Below, piece after piece: positions 48,722-56,328 of a stretch of DNA of 64,000 nt. This DNA comes from Candidatus Latescibacterota bacterium (GTDB lineage Bacteria > Latescibacterota > UBA2968 > UBA8231): positions 3,712,001 to 3,776,000 of the forward strand of contig OZ241867.1 in the NCBI GenBank assembly GCA_965203175.1, read 5' to 3'. The notes below the pieces were generated by a model, which searched no databases, was not told the origin of the DNA, and worked only from the letters and a program-made list of their open reading frames with translations. The number at the start of each line of letters is the position of its first letter. Position 1 is the first letter of the stretch. The translations under genes and the position numbers were made by a program.

Positions 48722-49711
48722 ATGGCCAGCGCTGATCAACTCAAGGCACTGCTAAAGTCACACTTGGAAGGCGACGACGACCGCTTCTTCTCTGTCGCCA
48801 TACAGGTTGCTGCCCACGAAGCGAAACTGGGTCACGGCAAGCTTGCCGAAGAACTGCGGACCATGATTGACGAAGCCAAGGGCCGGCGTGGCACGGGTTC
48901 GCTGGTGCCGATTGGCCGCCCGCACGGCGAATTGGCGAACCTTCTGGAAGCCTCCTACCCTAAGGCTCGGCTGGGCTCGATGATTATGGGCGATACTCTG
49001 GCCTATCAGATAGAGCGCATCATTCGTGAGCAACGCCATGCCGGGCGGATTGTGGAGCATGGCCTCTCGCCCAGACGCAAGCTGCTGCTGACAGGTCCTC
49101 CCGGCACGGGCAAGACCCTGACGGCTACCGTCCTAGCCGGAGAACTCGGCCTTCCCCTTTTTCAAGTCCGACTCGACGGCCTCATCACTAAGTACATGGG
49201 AGAAACCGCAGCCAAGCTACGACAGATATTCGATGCCACAAGCCGGACACGTGGCATCTACTTCTTCGACGAGTTCGACGCTATCGGTTCGCAGCGCGGA
49301 CTCACCAACGATGTGGGCGAGATTCGCCGAGTGCTGAACAGCTTCTTGCAGATGATCGAGCAAGACCGCTCTCACAGCCTCGTCGTCGCGGCAACGAATC
49401 ACCCCGGAATACTTGATCCGGCGCTCTTCCGCCGCTTCGACGACATTCTGCATTACGACCTGCCCGACAAGTCGCAGATCGTGAAGCTCTTGAAGACACG
49501 TCTCGCTGGAATGGCTGTTAAGGGGGTCCGATGGGGGAACTTGGCCGATTTAGCGATGGGGTTGAGTTACGCGGAAGTCACTCGCACTACGAACGAGATC
49601 CTGAAAGATGTGCTGATCCATGAACGTGCTCGGGTCTATACAGAGGATATCCGAACGATGCTCACCGAGCGCAAAAGTGTCGCCGAGAGACTACGCAAGA
49701 AAAGCGAGTAA
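48722..49711 (+). CDS. ietA: AAA+ ATPase of ietAS system
   Basis: [25 protein letters not shown]; directly upstream of S8 peptidase. Confidence 0.85.
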   Translation: MASADQLKALLKSHLEGDDDRFFSVAIQVAAHEAKLGHGKLAEELRTMIDEAKGRRGTGSLVPIGRPHGELANLLEASYPKARLGSMIMGDTLAYQIERIIREQRHAGRIVEHGLSPRRKLLLTGPPGTGKTLTATVLAGELGLPLFQVRLDGLITKYMGETAAKLRQIFDATSRTRGIYFFDEFDAIGSQRGLTNDVGEIRRVLNSFLQMIEQDRSHSLVVAATNHPGILDPALFRRFDDILHYDLPDKSQIVKLLKTRLAGMAVKGVRWGNLADLAMGLSYAEVTRTTNEILKDVLIHERARVYTEDIRTMLTERKSVAERLRKKSE

Positions 49712-49731
49712 CGGAAGGATTACGGCATCAA

Positions 49732-52305
49732 ATGACGGAAGGAACCGAAAGGCGATATCGACACTTCATCCTCGAAAGAGTCACCGAGACGGAGGCATAC
49801 CGTTCTCCACGGCAACGCATGGAGCGTACAAATGTACCGGAGCGGGATCGCACACAGCACGGCGAAGAGTTAAGGCGTCAGATTAACGAGCTTCGAGCGG
49901 AAGCAGTCTCCATCCGAGCGGTCCAACAGGACGCGGGAATCGAAGATGGTCTGGGCCTTCAGGTGGAATTCGAGAGCTTCCCCGATGTCGAATTAGCTTT
50001 CGAGAGTTTGGCGCGAGAGCGTTCCGGGATTGAGTTACTGAACGTCCGGCACGAGGAAAATCGAACCTTGGCTACAGTCTTCGTACCCGACGGCAAGCTC
50101 AATCACTTCGAGCGTCTCATTCGTGACTACTTGGCGGAGAAGAAAGACAGCATTGGTCGTGCCCGTGATAACAGGCGACTGATTGACGCGATTCAGCAGA
50201 TCCGGGCGGCGAGTCTTCGGGCACTTTGGACCGACACCGAGGCATTTCCTTCCGAAGAAGAGGGACCGCTCTGGTGGGAAGTTTGGCTGCCCGTTCGCCG
50301 GGACCAGAAAGCAACGACCACGGATTTTCGTACGCGAGTCGGGGTACAAAATATACGGATGCTGTCCATCCATCGGGATCAGAAAGCAACGACCTCAACG
50401 TTTCTCGAGCGAGCTAAGGCACAGGGGATACGGATAGCACCGGGAGAGGTGAGCTTCCCTGAGCGCACGGTCCTGTTGACGTACGCATCGGTCGATCAGA
50501 TGCAGCGTTCCATGATTACCCTCAACAGCATCGCTGAATTGCGGCGTGCAAAGGAAACGGCGGAATTCTTCGATTCTTTGCAACCCGATGATCAGGCTGA
50601 GTGGCTTAAGGATCTGCTAGATCGGACCCGTTTTGCAGCCGAGACCGACCAGACGCCATACGTCTGCTTGCTCGATACAGGCGTCAATCGCGGCCACCCG
50701 CTGCTTACTCCCGCCCTCGCTACCAGCGATCTCCACACCGTCGAACCCGCTTGGGGTACCGACGATGACGATGGCCACGGGACGGAGATGGCAGGAGTGG
50801 CCCTAGCTGGGAACTTGACGGAACTTCTGGATAGCAACGATCCCGTGAAAATCGATCATCGCCTCGAATCGGTGAAGTTACTGCCTCATGATGGTGCGAC
50901 CGGAAAAGACCCCCAGCACTACGGATATTTGACGGTGGAAGCGGTAGCGCGTCCCGAGATTACCGCACCTGCCCGGCTCCGAGTCTTCGGTATGGCTATT
51001 ACGGCCCGTGATAATCGAGATCGGGGACGACCGTCTGCTTGGTCGGCAGCGATCGATTCGCTAGCGGCAGATGTTGACGGTACGAATCCGCGTTTGATGA
51101 TCGTTTCCGCCGGTAACATCAAAGAGCCCAATGCTTGGTCTCACTACCCTGATTCTAATGATACGGACGGAGTACACGATCCCGCCCAGGCATGGAACGC
51201 CCTTACCATCGGTGCCTATACCGATCTCGTGCAAATAACCGAGCCAGATACGAGCGATTATGCGCCCGTCGCCCCAAAGGGAGGTCTGAGTCCCTTCAGT
51301 ACGACATCGCTGACGTGGCAGGCGCATTGGCCGCTGAAGCCGGACATCGTCCTTGAGGGTGGCAACGCCGCAAAAGACTCGCTAAGCGCCGTATGGTCAT
51401 CCAGTCTCAGCCTGCTGACGACCCATCATCGTCCGGCGGAGCGACTTTTCACGACGACCAATGCCACCAGTGCGGCCATGGCACTCGCATCCCGTTTGGC
51501 GGCGCAGGTGATGGCTGTCTATCCCGACCTGTGGCCCGAGACCGTCCGCGCCCTAATCGTCCACTCGGCGGAATGGACCGAAGCCATGAAGCGAATGTCC
51601 TTTCCTCAAGACAAAGACCCGATGAAGCAGGACTATTCGAATTTGCTTCGTCGGTGTGGCTTCGGCGTGCCGGACATTGACCGCGTGCTATGGAGCGTCA
51701 GGAACTCCTTGACGATGATGGTCGAGGAGAGTCTGTATCCCTTCAAGCGCGAGACAGGAAAGCAACCAACCCTTCGCGACATGCATCTCCACAATCTGCC
51801 TTGGCCGTGTGATGTCTTAGAGAGCTTGGGAGAAACGTCTGTCGAGATGCGGGTCACGCTGTCCTACTTCATCGAGCCGAATCCATCACGACGGGGTACC
51901 TTTTCGCGTTACCGGTACGAATCGCACGGGCTCCGTTTCGACGTAAAGCGGGCGCTCGAATCGACAGACGATTTTCGGAAGCGGATCAACTTGGCGGCAA
52001 GAGACGAGGAGGAAGGGCCTCGCCGTAGCGGCAGCGATCCACAGTGGCTGATCGGAGCGCAAGGTCGCCACAGAGGTTCGTTGCACAGCGATATCTGGCG
52101 AGGAACCGCAGCGGATCTCGCCAGCCGAGGCACTATCGCAGTCTATCCCACGGCGGGTTGGTGGAAGACTCGTCCCACGTTCGAAAGGTACGATCAAATG
52201 GCACGGTATGCCCTTGTCGTCAGCATCAAAGCTCCAGAGGCCGATGTGGACCTCTACACTGAAGTTGCGAATCTGATCGCGTCAGCAGTTCACGTCGAGA
52301 CCTGA
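49732..52305 (+). CDS. ietS: S8 subtilase of ietAS system
   Basis: Triad LLDTG, GHGTEMAG, ATSAA; SAGN, KPDIVLEGGN, GFGVP, VTLSYFIEPNP. Confidence 0.87.
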   Translation: MTEGTERRYRHFILERVTETEAYRSPRQRMERTNVPERDRTQHGEELRRQINELRAEAVSIRAVQQDAGIEDGLGLQVEFESFPDVELAFESLARERSGIELLNVRHEENRTLATVFVPDGKLNHFERLIRDYLAEKKDSIGRARDNRRLIDAIQQIRAASLRALWTDTEAFPSEEEGPLWWEVWLPVRRDQKATTTDFRTRVGVQNIRMLSIHRDQKATTSTFLERAKAQGIRIAPGEVSFPERTVLLTYASVDQMQRSMITLNSIAELRRAKETAEFFDSLQPDDQAEWLKDLLDRTRFAAETDQTPYVCLLDTGVNRGHPLLTPALATSDLHTVEPAWGTDDDDGHGTEMAGVALAGNLTELLDSNDPVKIDHRLESVKLLPHDGATGKDPQHYGYLTVEAVARPEITAPARLRVFGMAITARDNRDRGRPSAWSAAIDSLAADVDGTNPRLMIVSAGNIKEPNAWSHYPDSNDTDGVHDPAQAWNALTIGAYTDLVQITEPDTSDYAPVAPKGGLSPFSTTSLTWQAHWPLKPDIVLEGGNAAKDSLSAVWSSSLSLLTTHHRPAERLFTTTNATSAAMALASRLAAQVMAVYPDLWPETVRALIVHSAEWTEAMKRMSFPQDKDPMKQDYSNLLRRCGFGVPDIDRVLWSVRNSLTMMVEESLYPFKRETGKQPTLRDMHLHNLPWPCDVLESLGETSVEMRVTLSYFIEPNPSRRGTFSRYRYESHGLRFDVKRALESTDDFRKRINLAARDEEEGPRRSGSDPQWLIGAQGRHRGSLHSDIWRGTAADLASRGTIAVYPTAGWWKTRPTFERYDQMARYALVVSIKAPEADVDLYTEVANLIASAVHVET

Positions 52306-52333
52306 GATAGAGTTCCGTATCGAAGGGGTTCCC

Positions 52334-52552
52334 ATGAAAAAACAAACCATCCAATACGCTTCGCCCATCGACGCGCTGATTGCAGTGACCAAGCGGTTGA
52401 GTACCTACGAAAATCAACAACAGATGGATTCGGAAGAGTTCTTTGACCAGTACAGCCGGGGGCAACTATCCGACGACGCAGTATTCGTCGATTGGGCCAA
52501 TGACTACCGCCACTATTTGCAACTCCGTCAAAATGAAAGGGTATGCCCCTGA
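52334..52552 (+). CDS. TumA-like antitoxin (orphan)
   Basis: RLSTYENQQQMDSEEFFDQYSRGQLSDDAVFVDWA matches the YE..Y.M.S..F...G..GD..D..EW pattern of DUF6516/TumE partners. Confidence 0.6.
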   Translation: MKKQTIQYASPIDALIAVTKRLSTYENQQQMDSEEFFDQYSRGQLSDDAVFVDWANDYRHYLQLRQNERVCP

Positions 52553-52554
52553 GT

Positions 52555-52617
52555 AGCCTCCACAGCGATACCTCCCGGCCTTTCGCCAAGGCGACCTTTG
52601 GCCGGATTGTCATGAAA
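52555..52617 (+). repeat. diverged copy of mod 3' region (48581-48643)
   Basis: 51/63 nt identical by hand alignment; SLHSDTSRPFAKATFGRIVMK vs TLHRDTSRPFAKPTSGRIAVK. Confidence 0.9.
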
Positions 52618-52643
52618 AAGGTCGGTGATAAAGGACATCGACG

Positions 52644-52847
52644 ATGAAAAATGATCCTATCGTAGCTGAAGTTCTCGCAATACGAGACGAACTTGCCGCT
52701 CAGTGCGGCTACGACATCAAAGAGATCTTCCGGAAACTCCGGGAACAACAGGCCAAGTCGGGTCTGAAGTACGTACGCTACCCGGCCCGTCGAGTGGCTC
52801 TAGCCGAAGACGTACGAGTGCCCAACGCAGATAGAAAGACCGGATGA
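52644..52847 (+). CDS. small DPIVxEV-type putative antitoxin (orphan)
   Basis: AAGGA SD; MKNDPIVAEVLAIRDELAAQCGYDIKEI, similar to the 45287 ORF. Confidence 0.65.
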   Translation: MKNDPIVAEVLAIRDELAAQCGYDIKEIFRKLREQQAKSGLKYVRYPARRVALAEDVRVPNADRKTG

Positions 52848-52869
52848 AGCATCAGAGAAAGCTGGAAAA

Positions 52870-53178
52870 ATGAAAAACATAACTCTGAGTGCCGACGAGC
52901 ATCTGATCGAAGCGGCGAACCAACGCGCCGCGGCAGAGCACACTACGCTGAACGAGCAGTTTCAACTGTGGCTCAAGCACTATGTTCAGCACGAGCAGCA
53001 GACGGGGTCCCACGAGATCCCGTCAGAGGCGCAAGGAACACTGGCGGACTTTTTCCAAGGGCATATTGGCATCCTGCACAGCAGTGAATACATGCCCGGC
53101 GGTGCTCGTATGTCGGTAGATAGCGACAAAAAGTTTGCGGCGGGACTGCTCAAAAAACGACAACAGGAGGAACGATGA
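52870..53178 (+). CDS. RHH/DUF6364-like antitoxin, probably chimeric (orphan)
   Basis: MKNITLSADEHLIEAA...TTLN RHH start; C-half TLADFFQGHIG...KKFAAGLLKKR resembles a VapB-type tail. Confidence 0.55.
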   Translation: MKNITLSADEHLIEAANQRAAAEHTTLNEQFQLWLKHYVQHEQQTGSHEIPSEAQGTLADFFQGHIGILHSSEYMPGGARMSVDSDKKFAAGLLKKRQQEER

Positions 53179-53202
53179 TCCCCGATGTTGCTGGTGCGTG
53201 CT

Positions 53203-53238
53203 CTAGGAGACGAAGTGATGAAGGTGTTCCGGGTGTGA
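53203..53238 (+). repeat. diverged copy of last 12 codons of mod (48656-48691)
   Basis: 31/36 identical; all 5 differences synonymous (LGDEVMKVFRV*). Confidence 0.92.
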
Positions 53239-53289
53239 GGATTGGATAACGGTGATCGCTATCACTCACTTCCTACCGGGAATTCGAGT

Positions 53290-54984
53290 ATGAATTTCAA
53301 CACTGCCAACAGCACGTTTCGCCAGTTGATGGGCAATGGGCTGAGTTATCGCGTCCCGATGTTTCAGCGCGACTATTCTTGGGGCCCCGACGAATGGGAC
53401 GATCTGTGGCAGGATATCGTCGCCCTGTTCGATGAGGATCCGGAACCGGCTCACTACATGGGCTACCTAGTACTGCAATCAGCCGACAACAGGGCGTTTG
53501 AAATCATCGATGGACCGCAGCGCATGACCACGCTGAGCCTGTTGATGCTGGCGGCGGTGGCGCATCTGACGCACTTGGCCCGGCCGGATGATCCAGATGA
53601 CCCGCAACGTCGGCGCGCCGAGCAGCTACGCAGCAACTACATCGGCTATTTGGACTCGGTGAGCCTAGTATCTCGCTCCAAGCTGATGCTGAATCGGCAC
53701 AACGATAGCTTTTACCAGAACTACTTGGTGCCCCTAGAACGTCTGCCGCAAAGAGGATTGAACGCATCGGAACATCTGCTGCGCCGGGCCTTTCTCTGGT
53801 TCAGGGATCGCATTGAAGAACTAGCGGGCGATGACGGTCAGGCGGTAGCGCGCTTCGTCGATGGCGCAGTCGATAGGCTGTTTTTTACGATCATCACCGT
53901 GACCGACGAATTGAACGCCTTCAAGGTGTTCGAGACCCTGAACGCTCGCGGCGTGCGCTTGTCGGCCACTGATCTGCTGAAGAATTACTTGTTCTCAGTT
54001 GTCTCCCGCGGCAATCCGCACGAGTCGGAGATCAATGCCCTAGAAGACCGCTGGGAGGGTATCGTCGGGCTGCTGGGCAGTGAGATTTTTCCCGAGTTCC
54101 TGCGAGTCTTCTGGAACAGCCGCAACAGGCTGGTGCGCAAGGCGGACTTGTTCAAAGTCATTCGCGACGCCATTCGCGACCGATCCGCAGCATTCGAGCT
54201 GATCCGCGACATGGACAGGAGCGCCCGCGTGTACGCGGCCTTGCGCAGCCCGGAGGAGGGTGCTTGGACGGCGGCGGAACGCGACAGCCTAGCCCAATTG
54301 CAGATGTTCAACGTGCGCCAGCCCCTAGCGGTGTTACTGGCGGCATTTGAGCGATTCGAGGAAAACGACCGCGGCGGCTTTGGACGCTTTCTGAAGGCAA
54401 TCGCGGTAGTGTCGTTTCGCTATAACGTGATCTGTAGCCGTCAGAGCAACGAGCAGGAGGTCGTGTACAACCAAGTTGCCCGCGGGATTTCGTCAGGCCG
54501 GATTGGCGGCGCGGCTGCGGCGATTGCGGAACTGCGGCCAGTCTATCCCGAGGACGCGGAATTCAGGGCGGCGTTTACAGACAAGGCGCTGCGAACGACC
54601 AGCCACCGCAATAGTAAGGTCGTGCGCTTTATACTGTTTCGTCTGGAAGCGCAGCTATCGGGGCAGCGCTTTGAGTTCGAGAGCGCAAAATATGGGATTG
54701 AGCACGTGTTGCCGGAAAATCCGGGCGATGCGTGGCAACAGTTTGACGACCAGCAGCGGGAGGCTTCTACCTACCGCTTGGGGAACATGACCTTGCTGAC
54801 GGCCGAGGCAAACCGCGATCTGGGAAATTCGGGATATGCCCAGAAACGGCCGGTTTACCAAGAGAGCAGCTTTGCAATAACGCGCAAGCTATCAGAAGAC
54901 TTCGATACTTGGACCGTGGAGAAGATTCGCACCCACCAAGCCTGGATGGCAAAACAAGCTACCGGCATCTGGCGAATCGGCTAG
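53290..54984 (+). CDS. GmrSD-like DUF262-DUF1524 (HNH) protein
   Basis: VPMFQRDYSW, IIDGPQR, FETLNARG, IEHVLP...LGNMTLL..N; ATG 53290. Confidence 0.9.
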   Translation: MNFNTANSTFRQLMGNGLSYRVPMFQRDYSWGPDEWDDLWQDIVALFDEDPEPAHYMGYLVLQSADNRAFEIIDGPQRMTTLSLLMLAAVAHLTHLARPDDPDDPQRRRAEQLRSNYIGYLDSVSLVSRSKLMLNRHNDSFYQNYLVPLERLPQRGLNASEHLLRRAFLWFRDRIEELAGDDGQAVARFVDGAVDRLFFTIITVTDELNAFKVFETLNARGVRLSATDLLKNYLFSVVSRGNPHESEINALEDRWEGIVGLLGSEIFPEFLRVFWNSRNRLVRKADLFKVIRDAIRDRSAAFELIRDMDRSARVYAALRSPEEGAWTAAERDSLAQLQMFNVRQPLAVLLAAFERFEENDRGGFGRFLKAIAVVSFRYNVICSRQSNEQEVVYNQVARGISSGRIGGAAAAIAELRPVYPEDAEFRAAFTDKALRTTSHRNSKVVRFILFRLEAQLSGQRFEFESAKYGIEHVLPENPGDAWQQFDDQQREASTYRLGNMTLLTAEANRDLGNSGYAQKRPVYQESSFAITRKLSEDFDTWTVEKIRTHQAWMAKQATGIWRIG

Positions 54985-55007
54985 CTCGTCGCCGTGTAGG
55001 CCTTCCT

Positions 55008-56306
55008 TTATTGGTCCGGGTCGGTCGGGGTGTTGGGGTTGTTCAAGCGCTCTTGGTCGGCGTAGGGGTAGAAATCGCGATTGCGTTCAAACATATCGGT
55101 CGAAGGGCCAGGTTGCCCCAAGCGCCGACTGTCTTCCCAGCCGGTGCCGTGCAGAAAAAGCTCGGCTCGCCGCTGGCGAAAAATTTCGTTCAACACCGCT
55201 TCAAGTGACTGCGGGCCGCTGTACGGCGGCAGCGCAGCCCCCACGCCAAAAGGATCCTCGGCCGGCGTTTTGGTGCGCACGGCGTCGATTTCAGCGATGG
55301 CCGCGTCGATGTTGCCCAACATGACGTGGGCCTCGGCGCGCGTCAGGGCCATTTCTCCGGGCAGGTAGGCCGGAATAGGCGACGTGGCCGAGTGCCAAAA
55401 GCCGGTCAAATCCTCAATGGGAAAGTCGTTGGGGTTGCTGGTCCGCTCACTCGGCGTGGTGTAAAAGGCCAGCCGCGCATCGCCGCTTTCGGTGCTGCTC
55501 AGGCCAAAGTGGTCGCGCGGGGCGTAATCGTCCGCCACGACGACCTGCGCGTACAGGGGATTCTCGTTTTCCGCGTCGTACGTATAGACTGAGGTCGCTG
55601 TCGGATCGACGGCATCGGCGTCGTCGAGCGCTGCTTGGTAGTTGCCGGTAAATAAGTGGTAGCGCGCTCGATAGGCGCGTATGGTGTTGAGCAGATCAAA
55701 ACCCTCGCCCAATATGTCTGCGTTGAACTCGTCGGATGGTGGCGTGGAAGTGGCGGTTTCGAGGGCGCGGTCCAACGAGCGAATTGCTGCGGCGAAAAGC
55801 TCTTCACGCGGCCTAAATGGCGCTTGCCCATCGGCCTGCACGTCTAGGGGCGCGTGGGCAAAAGCCTGCGCGACGAATCCCAAGCACTTGGCTTTGTACA
55901 AATGCGCCAGTGCTACAATGTCGCTGCGCGTTCCCTCAGCCAGCGGTACCTCGGGCGCGTTGGCGATCAAGTCGTTGGCCATGCCCATGATGCGGTAGGA
56001 GTTAGACCAGATACTATGCACGCCGCTGTTAGCTCCCGTCAGGGAGCCAAGGCCGTCTTCTAGTTCGATAAGATTGGAAAACGTCGTATTGGCTGCTAGC
56101 TCGCGGCTGGTGATGGCCGGATGGCGCACGTACGCATCGACGTTGTTACTGGCGTAGCTGCGCTGTATGCCAATGGCCAGCGCTTTGATGCCGTCGCTGG
56201 TGGTCAACACCTGCTCTTCGAACGCTTGGTTGGGATTGGCTACGTTCAAATCGCAACCCCAAAGCAGCCCACCGACTATAAGTAGCCCACAAAAAGTCGC
56301 TTTCAT
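55008..56306 (-). CDS. susD: RagB/SusD-family outer membrane lipoprotein
   Basis: Lipobox LWGC, WSNSY, EMALTRAEA, RRAELFLHG, ERLNNPN. Confidence 0.87.
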   Translation of the reverse strand: MKATFCGLLIVGGLLWGCDLNVANPNQAFEEQVLTTSDGIKALAIGIQRSYASNNVDAYVRHPAITSRELAANTTFSNLIELEDGLGSLTGANSGVHSIWSNSYRIMGMANDLIANAPEVPLAEGTRSDIVALAHLYKAKCLGFVAQAFAHAPLDVQADGQAPFRPREELFAAAIRSLDRALETATSTPPSDEFNADILGEGFDLLNTIRAYRARYHLFTGNYQAALDDADAVDPTATSVYTYDAENENPLYAQVVVADDYAPRDHFGLSSTESGDARLAFYTTPSERTSNPNDFPIEDLTGFWHSATSPIPAYLPGEMALTRAEAHVMLGNIDAAIAEIDAVRTKTPAEDPFGVGAALPPYSGPQSLEAVLNEIFRQRRAELFLHGTGWEDSRRLGQPGPSTDMFERNRDFYPYADQERLNNPNTPTDPDQ

Positions 56307-56328
56307 CGTCTTGCTTGTCCTCGGTTGC

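Larger units (their letters stand above)
39110..54984 (+). other. anti-phage defence island without integrase
   Basis: Co-oriented cluster of Schlafen-ATPase, Type III R-M, ImmA, HicBA, ietAS, DUF262-DUF1524 and small TA-like genes between housekeeping genes. Confidence 0.85.

Noticed and set aside
39000-55000. Prophage/ICE or IS origin of the island
   Set aside because: No integrase, transposase, tRNA target or exact flanking direct repeats found
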